From: Hormiphora californensis
Taxonomy: Eukaryota; Animalia; Ctenophora
DNA length: 64,000 bases
NCBI GenBank assembly: GCA_020137815.1
Contig: CM035350.1
Location: 10,416,001-10,480,000, forward strand
Reading direction: 5' to 3'
Part shown: piece by piece, positions 37,003-51,571 of the stretch
How the letters are laid out: the number at the start of each line of letters is the position of its first letter
Numbering within the stretch: position 1 is the first letter of the stretch
Made by a program: the position numbers and the translations under genes
The notes under the pieces: model-generated
Database searches by the model: none
What the model was told of the DNA's origin: nothing
What the model saw: the letters and a program-made list of their open reading frames with translations, nothing else

Positions 37003-40000
37003 AACTAGAGAGTTAGAGGGGGGATGAGAATCTCACCATGAGATGGTGTGCATTCTACTAGAGAGTTAGAGAGAGGGGATGAGAATCTCATCATGAGATG
37101 GTGACACAGAGAGTTAGAGAGGGGATGAGAATCTCATCATGAGATGGTGACACAGAGAGTTAGAGAGGGGATGAGAATCTCATTCTCTACTAGAGAGTTA
37201 GAGAGGGGATGAGAATCTCATTCTCTACTAGAGAGTTAGAGGGGGGATGAGAATCTCACCATGAGATGGTGTGCATTCTACTAGAGAGTTAGAGAGAGGG
37301 GATGAGAATCTCATCATGAGATGGTGACACAGAGAGTTAGAGAGGGGATGAGAATCTCATCATGAGATGGTGACACAGAGAGTTAGAGAGGGGATGAGAA
37401 TCTCATTCTCTACTAGAGAGTTAGAGAGGGGATGAGAATCTCATTCTCTACTAGAGAGTTAGAGAGGGGATGAGAATCTCATTCTCTACTAGAGAGTTAG
37501 AGAGGGGATGAGAATCTCATTCTCTACTAGAGAGTTAGAGAGGGGATGAGAATCTCATTCTCTACTAGAGAGTTAGAGAGGGGATGAGAATCTCATTCTC
37601 TACTAGAGAGTTAGAGAGGGGATGAGAATCTCATTCTCTACTAGAGAGTTAGAGAGGGGATGAGAATCTCATTCTCTACTAGAGAGTTAGAGAGGGGATG
37701 AGAATCTCATTCTCTACTAGAGAGTTAGAGAGGGGATGAGAATCTCATTCTCTACTAGAGAGTTAGAGAGGGGATGAGAATCTCATTCTCTACTAGAGAG
37801 TTAGAGAGGGGATGAGAATCTCATTCTCTACTAGAGAGTTAGAGAGGGGATGAGAATCTCATTCTCTACTAGAGAGTTAGAGAGGGGATGAGAATCTCAT
37901 TCTCTACTAGAGAGTTAGAGAGGGGATGAGAATCTCATTCTCTACTAGAGAGTTAGAGAGGGGATGAGAATCTCATTCTCTACTAGAGAGTTAGAGAGGG
38001 GATGAGAATCTCATTCTCTACTAGAGAGTTAGAGAGGGGATGAGAATCTCATTCTCTACTAGAGAGTTAGAGAGGGGATGAGAATCTCATTCTCTACTAG
38101 AGAGTTAGAGAGGGGATGAGAATCTCATTCTCTACTAGAGAGTTAGAGAGGGGATGAGAATCTCATTCTCTACTAGAGAGTTAGAGAGGGGATGAGAATC
38201 TCATTCTCTACTAGAGAGTTAGAGAGGGGATGAGAATCTCATTCTCTACTAGAGAGTTAGAGAGGGGATGAGAATCTCATTCTCTACTAGAGAGTTAGAG
38301 AGGGGATGAGAATCTCATTCTCTACTAGAGAGTTAGAGAGGGGATGAGAATCTCATTCTCTACTAGAGAGTTAGAGAGGGGATGAGAATCTCATTCTCTA
38401 CTAGAGAGTTAGAGAGGGGATGAGAATCTCATTCTCTACTAGAGAGTTAGAGAGGGGATGAGAATCTCATTCTCTACTAGAGAGTTAGAGAGGGGATGAG
38501 AATCTCATTCTCTACTAGAGAGTTAGAGAGGGGATGAGAATCTCATTCTCTACTAGAGAGTTAGAGAGGGGATGAGAATCTCATTCTCTACTAGAGAGTT
38601 AGAGAGGGGATGAGAATCTCATTCTCTACTAGAGAGTTAGAGAGGGGATGAGAATCTCATTCTCTACTAGAGAGTTAGAGAGGGGATGAGAATCTCATTC
38701 TCTACTAGAGAGTTAGAGAGGGGATGAGAATCTCATTCTCTACTAGAGAGTTAGAGAGGGGATGAGAATCTCATTCTCTACTAGAGAGTTAGAGAGGGGA
38801 TGAGAATCTCATTCTCTACTAGAGAGTTAGAGAGGGGATGAGAATCTCATTCTCTACTAGAGAGTTAGAGAGGGGATGAGAATCTCATTCTCTACTAGAG
38901 AGTTAGAGAGGGGATGAGAATCTCATTCTCTACTAGAGAGTTAGAGAGGGGATGAGAATCTCATTCTCTACTAGAGAGTTAGAGAGGGGATGAGAATCTC
39001 ATTCTCTACTAGAGAGTTAGAGAGGGGATGAGAATCTCATTCTCTACTAGAGAGTTAGAGAGGGGATGAGAATCTCATTCTCTACTAGAGAGTTAGAGAG
39101 GGGATGAGAATCTCATTCTCTACTAGAGAGTTAGAGAGGGGATGAGAATCTCATTCTCTACTAGAGAGTTAGAGAGGGGATGAGAATCTCATTCTCTACT
39201 AGAGAGTTAGAGAGGGGATGAGAATCTCATTCTCTACTAGAGAGTTAGAGAGGGGATGAGAATCTCATTCTCTACTAGAGAGTTAGAGAGGGGATGAGAA
39301 TCTCATTCTCTACTAGAGAGTTAGAGAGGGGATGAGAATCTCATTCTCTACTAGAGAGTTAGAGAGGGGATGAGAATCTCATTCTCTACTAGAGAGTTAG
39401 AGAGGGGATGAGAATCTCATTCTCTACTAGAGAGTTAGAGAGGGGATGAGAATCTCATTCTCTACTAGAGAGTTAGAGAGGGGATGAGAATCTCATTCTC
39501 TACTAGAGAGTTAGAGAGGGGATGAGAATCTCATTCTCTACTAGAGAGTTAGAGAGGGGATGAGAATCTCATTCTCTACTAGAGAGTTAGAGAGGGGATG
39601 AGAATCTCATTCTCTACTAGAGAGTTAGAGAGGGGATGAGAATCTCATTCTCTACTAGAGAGTTAGAGAGGGGATGAGAATCTCATTCTCTACTAGAGAG
39701 TTAGAGAGGGGATGAGAATCTCATTCTCTACTAGAGAGTTAGAGAGGGGATGAGAATCTCATTCTCTACTAGAGAGTTAGAGAGGGGATGAGAATCTCAT
39801 TCTCTACTAGAGAGTTAGAGAGGGGATGAGAATCTCATTCTCTACTAGAGAGTTAGAGAGGGGATGAGAATCTCATTCTCTACTAGAGAGTTAGAGAGGG
39901 GATGAGAATCTCATTCTCTACTAGAGAGTTAGAGAGGGGATGAGAATCTCATTCTCTACTAGAGAGTTAGAGAGGGGATGAGAATCTCATTCTCTACTAG

Positions 40001-43000
40001 AGAGTTAGAGAGGGGATGAGAATCTCATTCTCTACTAGAGAGTTAGAGAGGGGATGAGAATCTCATTCTCTACTAGAGAGTTAGAGAGGGGATGAGAATC
40101 TCATTCTCTACTAGAGAGTTAGAGAGGGGATGAGAATCTCATTCTCTACTAGAGAGTTAGAGAGGGGATGAGAATCTCATTCTCTACTAGAGAGTTAGAG
40201 AGGGGATGAGAATCTCATTCTCTACTAGAGAGTTAGAGAGGGGATGAGAATCTCATTCTCTACTAGAGAGTTAGAGAGGGGATGAGAATCTCATTCTCTA
40301 CTAGAGAGTTAGAGAGGGGATGAGAATCTCATTCTCTACTAGAGAGTTAGAGAGGGGATGAGAATCTCATTCTCTACTAGAGAGTTAGAGAGGGGATGAG
40401 AATCTCATTCTCTACTAGAGAGTTAGAGAGGGGATGAGAATCTCATTCTCTACTAGAGAGTTAGAGAGGGGATGAGAATCTCATTCTCTACTAGAGAGTT
40501 AGAGAGGGGATGAGAATCTCATTCTCTACTAGAGAGTTAGAGAGGGGATGAGAATCTCATTCTCTACTAGAGAGTTAGAGAGGGGATGAGAATCTCATTC
40601 TCTACTAGAGAGTTAGAGAGGGGATGAGAATCTCATTCTCTACTAGAGAGTTAGAGAGGGGATGAGAATCTCATTCTCTACTAGAGAGTTAGAGAGGGGA
40701 TGAGAATCTCATTCTCTACTAGAGAGTTAGAGAGGGGATGAGAATCTCATTCTCTACTAGAGAGTTAGAGAGGGGATGAGAATCTCATTCTCTACTAGAG
40801 AGTTAGAGAGGGGATGAGAATCTCATTCTCTACTAGAGAGTTAGAGAGGGGATGAGAATCTCATTCTCTACTAGAGAGTTAGAGAGGGGATGAGAATCTC
40901 ATTCTCTACTAGAGAGTTAGAGAGGGGATGAGAATCTCATTCTCTACTAGAGAGTTAGAGAGGGGATGAGAATCTCATTCTCTACTAGAGAGTTAGAGAG
41001 GGGATGAGAATCTCATTCTCTACTAGAGAGTTAGAGAGGGGATGAGAATCTCATTCTCTACTAGAGAGTTAGAGAGGGGATGAGAATCTCATTCTCTACT
41101 AGAGAGTTAGAGAGGGGATGAGAATCTCATTCTCTACTAGAGAGTTAGAGAGGGGATGAGAATCTCATTCTCTACTAGAGAGTTAGAGAGGGGATGAGAA
41201 TCTCATTCTCTACTAGAGAGTTAGAGAGGGGATGAGAATCTCATTCTCTACTAGAGAGTTAGAGAGGGGATGAGAATCTCATTCTCTACTAGAGAGTTAG
41301 AGAGGGGATGAGAATCTCATTCTCTACTAGAGAGTTAGAGAGGGGATGAGAATCTCATTCTCTACTAGAGAGTTAGAGAGGGGATGAGAATCTCATTCTC
41401 TACTAGAGAGTTAGAGAGGGGATGAGAATCTCATTCTCTACTAGAGAGTTAGAGAGGGGATGAGAATCTCATTCTCTACTAGAGAGTTAGAGAGGGGATG
41501 AGAATCTCATTCTCTACTAGAGAGTTAGAGAGGGGATGAGAATCTCATTCTCTACTAGAGAGTTAGAGAGGGGATGAGAATCTCATTCTCTACTAGAGAG
41601 TTAGAGAGGGGATGAGAATCTCATTCTCTACTAGAGAGTTAGAGAGGGGATGAGAATCTCATTCTCTACTAGAGAGTTAGAGAGGGGATGAGAATCTCAT
41701 TCTCTACTAGAGAGTTAGAGAGGGGATGAGAATCTCATTCTCTACTAGAGAGTTAGAGAGGGGATGAGAATCTCATTCTCTACTAGAGAGTTAGAGAGGG
41801 GATGAGAATCTCATTCTCTACTAGAGAGTTAGAGAGGGGATGAGAATCTCATTCTCTACTAGAGAGTTAGAGAGGGGATGAGAATCTCATTCTCTACTAG
41901 AGAGTTAGAGAGGGGATGAGAATCTCATTCTCTACTAGAGAGTTAGAGAGGGGATGAGAATCTCATTCTCTACTAGAGAGTTAGAGAGGGGATGAGAATC
42001 TCATTCTCTACTAGAGAGTTAGAGAGGGGATGAGAATCTCATTCTCTACTAGAGAGTTAGAGAGGGGATGAGAATCTCATTCTCTACTAGAGAGTTAGAG
42101 AGGGGATGAGAATCTCATTCTCTACTAGAGAGTTAGAGAGGGGATGAGAATCTCATTCTCTACTAGAGAGTTAGAGAGGGGATGAGAATCTCATTCTCTA
42201 CTAGAGAGTTAGAGAGGGGATGAGAATCTCATTCTCTACTAGAGAGTTAGAGAGGGGATGAGAATCTCATTCTCTACTAGAGAGTTAGAGAGGGGATGAG
42301 AATCTCATTCTCTACTAGAGAGTTAGAGAGGGGATGAGAATCTCATTCTCTACTAGAGAGTTAGAGAGGGGATGAGAATCTCATTCTCTACTAGAGAGTT
42401 AGAGAGGGGATGAGAATCTCATTCTCTACTAGAGAGTTAGAGAGGGGATGAGAATCTCATTCTCTACTAGAGAGTTAGAGAGGGGATGAGAATCTCATTC
42501 TCTACTAGAGAGTTAGAGAGGGGATGAGAATCTCATTCTCTACTAGAGAGTTAGAGAGGGGAGAGAACAGATGAAGGAGAGTTAGAGAGGGGAGAGAACT
42601 ATTCCTACTAGAGAGTTAGAGGGAGAAATCTATTCACTAGAGGTTAGGAGAGGGGATGAGAATCATTCTTACTAGAAGAGAAGGGGATGAGAATATCATC
42701 TACTAGAGAGTAGAGAGGGGAATAGAATCCATTAAGAGAGTAGGAGGGGATGAATAATCTCCAGAAGTAGAGGGATGAAACTCAGTAAGAGTTAGAAGAG
42801 GATGAAACTCATTCTCTACAGAGAGTTAGAGAGGGGATGGAAGTCTAATAGAGAGGTTAGAAGAGGGAGAAAATAAGAGGTTAAGAGGGGAGGAAAAAAT
42901 GAAGGGGACAAAAGGGAAAGGGGAGAAAAAAAGAGTTAGAGAGGGGTGAGAATCTCTTCTCCTAAAGTTGAGGGGATGGAAATTTTTTAAGAGATTTAAA

Positions 43001-44030
43001 AGGGGGAGAAACTTTCTTAAAGAGTTAGGGGGGTAATAAACTTCTCTCTACTAGAGATTAAAAAGGGATGAGTTCTTCTCCCATAGAGAGTTGAGAGGGG
43101 TGGAATCCATTTCCCAAAAAGGGGGGGGAAAAAACCCATTTTAAAGAGAGTTTAAGAGAGGGGATAAGATCTCATTCTCTACTAGAGAGTTAGAGAGGGG
43201 AATGAGAATCATCATTCTCTACTAGAGAGTTAGAGAGGGGATGAGAATCTTTCCCTACTAAGAGTTAGAGAGGGGATGAGAATCTCATTCTCTACTAGAG
43301 AGTTAGAGAGAGGGGATGAGAATCTCATTCTCTATAGAGAGTTGAGAGAGGGGGGATGGAAGGGGGAAATCTCATTCTCTACTAGAGAGTTAGAGAGGGG
43401 ATGAGAAGGTCTCATTCTTACTAGAGAGTTAGAGAGAGGGGATGAGAATCTCTTCTCTACTAGAGAGTTAGAGAGGGGATGAGAATCTCATTCTCTACTA
43501 GAGAGTTTAGAGCAGGGGAGAGAATCTCATTCTTACTAGGAGAGTTAGAGAGGGGATGAGAACTCATTCTCTACTATAGAGTTAGAGAGGGGATGAGAAT
43601 CATCTTCTCTACTAAGAGTTAGAGAGGGGTGAGAATCTCATTCTCTACTAGAGAGTCTAGAGAGGGGATGAGATCTCATTCTCTAACTAGAGGAGTTAGA
43701 GAGGGGATGAGAATCTCATTCCTACTAGAAGAGTTGAGAGGGGATGAGAATCTCATTCTCTACTAGAGAGTTAGAGAGGGGATGAGAATCTCATTCTCTA
43801 CTAGAGAGTTAGAGAGAGGGGATGAGAATCTCATTCTCTACTAGAGAGTTAGAGAGGGGAATGAGGAATCTCATTTCACAGAGAAGTAGAGAGGGTATGA
43901 GAATCTCGTATCGCTACTGAGAGTTAGAGGAGGGGGAGAGAATCTCATTCTCTACTAGAGAGTTAGAGAGGGATGAGAATCTCATTCTCTACTAGAGAGT
44001 TAGAGTGGACTTGAAATCTATTCTCTACTA
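37003..44030. repeat. 38-bp satellite, left part (garbled from ~42560)
   Basis: attctctactagagagttagagaggggatgagaatctc. Confidence 0.97.
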
Positions 44031-44031
44031 G

Positions 44032-47000
44032 AGTGAGACAGAATTGATTATATATCTCTTGATTTCGTGCTTACAAACACTCACTAATTGTAGGACCATT
44101 AGTATATTCTATGTATCGGATATGCACATTATTCATCTGGTTCTGTTGCAGTTGGTGGAGGAGATTAGGAGAGAATGAGTTAGACTCGTTAGGCCTTACA
44201 ACACGTGAGGCCTTGGGTGCTAGAAACATTAATTTATTTTAGTCTTTATCTCGTTATCGGTAACTCGCTTTCACGCTTTGACGCATGGTGTGTCTTGTGA
44301 GAGAGAACGTGAGACACACTGGCTTGCGAGTCTCAGATTCTCGGGAATGAAGTGAGAATTAGGTCCGTTCTCCTGGACGGAGATTAAGAGGAGAACTAGC
44401 TTCTTCGGGGTCGAAGTGCGAGTTCTTGGGCTGATTATATCGGAGGTCTTTATTTAATCTTTGATGATACACAATTTATAATAGTATATTTCACATTTGA
44501 TAGTTCACATTTGGTTAAATGCTGTTGTTTACTAGTTGCATCTAAGCTCGGTGTTGCCTTGCTACAAAAGGGAACATCGTGCTGCAACACAAGTGTCATG
44601 GATCTGGATCACCGTCAAACCTAAGGACCCTAATTTCATCCTGTCCGGGCTAGGACAGATTGGGCATTGGGACACGCATGGAGGGGTGGTGCCCGTAGAG
44701 ACGTCGCACGTGGGCTGCAATGGCAGCCCACACTGAGTGTTTTTACAGTCCCGCTCAGGCCACGTAAGGGAAGTTTAGGGGATGGAACTTCATCCCCTAG
44801 CTAGACAGGCTCGCACTAGCAATAGCAAAAGACACTTTTCCTTCTCTACAAAATGGTCCGACGAACCAGATAATTAACTAGTCAATTAAAATTTTATGAC
44901 CAGATCCTTGTATACAGCATATTTTTGTGTAACATTAGGCCGAAGTTGAAAGCTTGAAGTGCTTTTAGTTTTATTGACTGCCTTATTTTACTGCCTGATT
45001 GTAATACATTTGTTGGCATGGTTTTTAGAAGTTTTCTACTGCCAGGTTTGTGCAGTTCAAAACTCGTTACTATGTTTGAACCCCATTTGCTCCCATTTGC
45101 TTGAAGGTCTAGGTAAAGGTTAGGGAAAACCAGCCAGTTTTTCAGGAGACGGCGAACGGAGCAATATTGAGGTACTGCCTGTATGTGGTGATGATTTCCA
45201 TTCGAGATAGTTTGGGCTACTGCAGCGTGGTTTTTCTTTTCCCACCCTGATAGTGTTCGTGCTGGAGTTATATGATAATCGATAGCCATGTGGTGTTGGA
45301 GTCTGGACTTGGCTACATGATAGTGGGGTTTTGGTCTAATTCTCGCCCGTTACCCATTTCTGGATCATACTGGTGAGATGCTCTCCAATGGTAAGTTACA
45401 GGGTGCAGTCAATCAAAATCAATCTAGTTAAGGTTTCAAAAAGGTGATACCAACTAGAGGTTCTCGATTTATTGATTTCGACAGGTTTGCCCCTTATGTA
45501 AAAACCCCCCTAAATTGTAACAGGTTTAAAATATTGTGTGTAACAGGTTGCATAGAGGTGAAGGATTCGCTATAAGATTAGCTGATTACTAGAGCAGGTC
45601 TTTTGGTGGGTTGATTTGGAGAATCAAGTGCCCTGGTTAGGTTGCACTCAAGTCTCAATATAATATTTATAATGGACCTGCTTGGTTAATAGATCCCTCT
45701 GCATACACCACTAGTATACACGCTAGTATCGATTGCTTTTAATAGGTTTGAATAATGGCCTGTCTATTCTCAAGGAAGGTGGTAGCTATGAGGTAAGGCT
45801 CGGTCATTCTTTCGGTGTGAGTAATGGGTAAACAGCGCCATTTATTTGGTCTCCAACACTTTCACGTATTTCTTTAAGCGGTCATTGGCCTCCATCTAAA
45901 CATTTATGATATTTGTTAACAGGCCAGGACAAGGAGCATTAAATAGGAGACTTATACGCCCAAAATATATTAAGCCAGAAGGTCGGACTGGCTAGGTCTA
46001 GAGCGTATAAATAATTTCTATTGCTCCCGAATGAGTCTCTATACATTTTATGATCCAATTGGTCTGACTATTTAGTTGCAGTTCGGGGCTAACTTCAGGT
46101 TCCGGAGGTTTGAACCTACGGGAGGTAGGATAGGGTTTCCTCGCCTCCTAACTAGCCCAATTACTACGATTATTGTAGCCGGCTGTTTTTTTTTTGCGAG
46201 CCCACTGCACGTAATACTAGAGTGCTCCCAGGAAGGTTTGGTGAGCTCCAGGTAGTCAGATCATTCATAAATGCAAAAGAGCTAATGAGCTCTGCCCTCT
46301 TAGCTCTTCGAAGAGTATTTTGAAAAGGCTCGATCGCTTAGGCTGTGCCAGGGGGTTCTAGCATGTGTATGCATTGATTTCCTGTGAATTGGATCCCATT
46401 TAAAAATATAGGTAGGCATATTATAAGGAACAATTCATCTACAATGAGCTCTTAGATGAGTTCATTGTTTTTCAGGTTTGAGAACCCCGGCATTGTTTTT
46501 CAGGTTTGAGAACCCCGGCAGTGTTCCCCTATTTAGGTTTGAGAACCCCGGCAGTGTTCTTCAGGTTTTAGAACCCCGGCAGTATTCCCCTATTCAGGTT
46601 TTATAGTCCCGGCAGTGTTCCCCTATTTAGGTTTGAGAACCCCGGCAGTGTTTTTCAGGTTTGAGAACCCCGGCAGTGTTCCCCTATTTAGGTTTGAGAA
46701 CCCCAGCAGTGTTCTTCAGGTTTTAGAACCCCGGCAGTATTCCCCTATTCAGGTTTTATAGTCCCGGCAGTGTTCCCCTATTTAGGTTTGAGAACCCCGG
46801 CAGTGTTTTCAGGTTTGAGAACCCCGGCAGTGTTCCCCTATTTAGGTTTGAGAACCCCAGCAGTGTTCTTCAGGTTTTAGAACCCCGGCAGTATTCCCCT
46901 ATTCAGGTTTTATAGTCCCGGCAGTGTTCCCCTATTTAGGTTTGAGAACCCCGGCAGTGTTTTTCAGGTTTGAGACCCCCGGCAGTGTTCCCCTATTTAG

Positions 47001-50000
47001 GTTTGAGAACCCCGGCAGTGTTTTTCAGGTTTGAGAACCCCGGCAGTGTTCCCCTATTCAGGTTTTAGGAGCCCGGCAGTGTTCCTTTAATCAAATCATA
47101 ATGATTGTATACATATCAGGTCTAGTTTTACGTAGCTAGGTCTAAATGCAAGCAAGTTCATAATCTGATCACGTGCGTTGAACTATGTCACATGTCAGTT
47201 GGAGGGTGGCTGCAGAGTAGGCATAGTTTATTTATCATTACATAGCTCATGAATCTGTTCCGTATTCCCTACTACGTAGTAGCAGGTCATAGAGCATAGT
47301 AACAGATGGTACTGACATTAAAAATTCTTCTGAAATTGGTTAACCAATGTGAGGCCTTGCACTGTAGGGGTAGTTGGATTTTTGCGGTCTGGTTTGTGAG
47401 TTTTGTACCTCTCATTTCCCGGACGTACAAACGCAAAGATCTTAACAACTACATGTCGAGTCTTTAGCTGTCTGACCCCGTTGATTGGGGTATGGCCCCT
47501 CTAGACAGGTCTGTACTAGACTCTTACGTACCATCTGCAAAACATGCACTGCATGTATAACTTATTGGATATTATATATACACAATCGGAGTACAGAGCC
47601 GGTCGTACTCGCATGAATTTTGCGGTCAAAAGGTCGGCGGGGGGGGGGGGGGGGGGCATGGGATGGTCCAAGGTACCCACGTTAAATAAATGGACGGAAA
47701 CGGAGGTGGGGGGGGGGCATGGGATGGTCCAAGGTACCCACGTTAAATAAATGGACGGAAACGGAGGGGGGGGCAGGGATTGTCCGAGGTACCCATGGTA
47801 AACAAACGGACAGAAACGGATATCTGGAGGCCGGATAAGGTATTTTATAAACGCACGTGCTCCTACATGGAGGATATTTTTAGACCTACTTGCTTGTATT
47901 TTAGACAATATATCTTAGACGCCAGGTTATTTCTAGAGGATTATTCTAGAGGTTATAAAGTTTGTTGATTAGGAGGTATCAACTAGAGAGGAGGTTGTTT
48001 ATGTGAAGGTTATCATGGAAGGTTACTTCGGTGGTTGTTAACAAGGCGGTCGTTAACAAGGCAGTTTCTCCGTTAGAAGCAATGTCGAAAGACAATGCCG
48101 ATCAGGGCAATTAATAGGAGGTGGTTATCAATTGAATGTTATTAGTTAGAATTCATTAATTGGAGGTAACTATCCGATGGTAACTACTTTAACTTATGAA
48201 ATGCTAATTAAAGGTATTAAGTTTAGTTGCTAATTGGAGATTATTATTGAAGGTTCCAATTAAAAGGTTTATTTTTTGGGGAGGGGTGGGTAGCAGGTGC
48301 TCGCTGCTCACTGACAACCCTTCATAATGACATAACAAGGTATAGTAGAACCTTGGATAATTTTTGGTGACACTTTCTGCCCTCGAGATTGAATTAGTGT
48401 ATAGTTCCACTATAAGGTACCACCGCCCATATCAAAAAGGTATTGTCATACATAGCCATGAGGTGCAGTATTTAGGCCCTTTGCACAGGTCTATCCATCG
48501 GTATAGTTAGTACAACTACAACTGGAAGAGGAATTAACGGAACGTTAATCAAGACGTGCGTGAGTGTGACTTACTGTGTGGGTGTGATAGTGTATTGAAT
48601 GTTGGTGACGCTTTAGTTTGAGCGTTGCTATGTTCTAACCCTCCCTTTACATTTCGGGGCGCCCGAAACACAGTCTAACCAGGCAATTTGACTGAGGAAT
48701 TGTTTTTGGGATGAAATTTATGTTTTTTAAATATATTTAGGACGGTTTATGTATTTTAGAAATATTTGAAGCGGTCTAATTGTAAAGCGTATTAGAATAT
48801 TATCGTGTATTAGATCGGGAATGATTGCGTGCTAGGGACTACCTCCCTTTAATAAGGTTATGAGGTATCACGACTACATCAGCTTCACCACTATTCCTGG
48901 ATACTGGAGGCGTGAATCTTCAGAACACTCGATCATCACATTGCAACTTTGCGGTTAAGCAAAGAACTGGCTACATCTTTTGATTAAACGGACCCTATAA
49001 TTATGTGTCGGGATAATACACAAATGGTCCAGAATAAGACCGGGAATTCTCTCAGGGTTATCAAAACTCTGATCAACCGTTCCCTTTATTTGCTTTACTT
49101 TGGATCTACTGAGGATCTGGATAGTGCTAACCAATTGCTTCTATTTTTGGATAACGCAAGTTTGAAGGTGGCAGTCATCAAGGAAGTGGAATGAACTGCT
49201 ACTGAAGCAGATTAGAGAATTATACTGTTCCAGTTATGAGGATTACAAAAGGTCCCCACTACAGGAAGGACACATTTCTACGATTTATTATACAGCCGGT
49301 GCACTCAGAGGTGGAGGTTACCACTAGATGATCGTGTTCAGCTGATAACCCTCCAATGGATAACAGTCCCTTATGGACTGGTGGATGCTTGATCCCATAT
49401 GGATCACAAAACGTCAAAACGATAACTGAATGGCAGAGCCCTGGTAATCCTTTAACGAGTCGTGTCAGCTAAATGCCCTTTTAATAAAGACATTTTGTGT
49501 TTGGTATTTTAATGATAAAATGTTGATATGTTTCAAGGGTCTGAGACAGAGAGTTTTTGCTGATAGTGTCAGCATACGTTTTATTGTCAGGAGGGGTGGA
49601 AATGTAGGACACGAAATTGATTATATATCTTGATTTCGTGGCTCTACAAACACTCACTAATTGTAGGACCCAATTAGTATATTCTATGTATCGGATATGC
49701 ACATTATTTCATCTGTTCTGTTGCAGTTGGTGGAGGAGATTAGGAGAGAATGAGTTAGACTCGTTAGGCCTTACAACACGTGAGGCCTTGGGCTAGAAAC
49801 AGTAATTATTTTAGTCTTATCTCGTTATCGGTAACTCGCTTTCACGGGGCTTTGACGCATGGTGTGTCTTGTGAGAGAGAACGTGAGACAACAGCTGGCT
49901 TGCGAGTCTCAGAGTTCTCGGGAATGAAGTGAGAATTAGGTCCGTTCTCCTGGACGGAGATTAAGAGAGAACTAGCTTCTTCAGGTGCGAAGTGCGAGTT

Positions 50001-50424
50001 CTTGGGCTGATTATATCGGAGGTCTTTATTTAATCCTTTGATGATACACAATTTATAATGTATATTTCACATTTGATAGTTCACATTTGGTTAAATGCTG
50101 TTGTTACTAGTTGCATCTAAGCTCGGTGTTGCCTTGCTACAAAAGGGAACATCGTGCTGCAACACAAGTGTCATGGATCTGGATCAACCGTCAAAACCTA
50201 AGGAACCTTAATTTCATCCTGTCCGGGCTAGGACAGATGTGGGCATTGGGACACGCAGGAGTGGTCCCGTAGAGACGTCGCACGTGGGCTGCAATGGCAG
50301 CCCACACTGAGTGTTTTACAGTCCCGCTCAGGCCACGTAAAGGGAAGTTTAGGGGATGGAACTTCATCCCCTAGCTAGACAGGCTCGCACTAGCAATAGC
50401 AAAAGACACTTTTCCTTCTCTACA
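44032..50424 (+). mobile_element. Non-autonomous LTR retroelement (~6.4 kb, ~820-bp LTRs) inserted in the satellite
   Basis: Direct repeats ~44032-44850 and 49603-50424 with TGTAG...CTACA ends. PBS-like TGGTCCGACGAACC at 44854; purine tract aggaggggtggaaa before 49603. No gag/pol-length ORF. Confidence 0.88.
46470..47085. repeat. Internal 27/33-bp tandem repeat of the LTR element
   Basis: aggtttgagaaccccggcagtgtt variants with higher-order periodicity. Confidence 0.9.
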
Positions 50425-51397
50425 GAGGGGATGAGAATCTCATTCTCTACTAGAGAGTTAGAGAGGGGATGAGAATCTCATTCTCTACTAGAGAGTTAGA
50501 GAGGGGATGAGAATCTCATTCTCTACTAGAGAGTTAGAGAGGGGATGAGAATCTCATTCTCTACTAGAGAGTTAGAGAGAGGATGAGAATCTCATTCTCT
50601 ACTAGAGAGTTAGAGAGGGGATGAGAATCTCATTCTCTACTAGAGAGTTAGAGAGGGGATGAGAATCTCATTCTCTACTAGAGAGTTAGAGAGGGGATGA
50701 GAATCTCATTCTCTACTAGAGAGTTAGAGAGGGGATGAGAATCTCATTCTCTACTAGAGAGTTAGAGAGGGGATGAGAATCTCATTCTCTACTAGAGAGT
50801 TAGAGAGGGGATGAGAATCTCATTCTCTACTAGAGAGTTAGAGAGGGGATGAGAATCTCATTCTCTACTAGAGAGTTAGAGAGGGGATGAGAATCTCATT
50901 CTCTACTAGAGAGTTAGAGAGGGGATGAGAATCTCATTCTCTACTAGAGAGTTAGAGAGGGGATGAGAATCTCATTCTCTACTAGAGAGTTAGAGAGGGG
51001 ATGAGAATCTCATTCTCTACTAGAGAGTTAGAGAGGGGATGGGAATCTCATTCTCTACTAGAGAGTTAGAGAGGGGATGAGAATCTCATTCTCTACTAGA
51101 GAGTTAGAGAGGGGATGAGAATCTCATTCTCTACTAGAGAGTTAGAGAGGGGATGAGAATCTCATTCTCTACTAGAGAGTTAGAGAGGGGATGAGAATCT
51201 CATTCTCTACTAGAGAGTTAGAGAGGGGATGAGAATCTCATCATGAGATGGTGACACAGAGAGTTAGAGAGGGGATGAGAATCTCATCATGAGATGGTGA
51301 CACAGAGAGTTAGAGAGGGGATGAGAATCTCATCATGAGATGGTGACACAGAGAGTTAGAGAAGGGATGAGAATCTCATCATGAGATGGTGACACAG
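50425..51397. repeat. 38-bp satellite, right part
   Basis: Same unit as 37003-44030; ends in the same catgagatggtgacacag variant units seen at the left end. Confidence 0.97.
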
Positions 51398-51571
51398 CAC
51401 AATACTAGGATATAAACAGGTAAAATTAATTATGTATTACATTATCCAATAACTATAACCAATGATAACCAACGATAACCAATACCAAAAAGAACTGTTC
51501 ACACCAGTAACTCAAGTAGTACACCTACAGTTAGGGTTCACACACACTTGCAGTGCCTACTAGGGTGATCC

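Noticed and set aside
42560-43200. Diverged satellite subfamily
   Set aside because: Pattern of random indels and purine runs looks like read noise.
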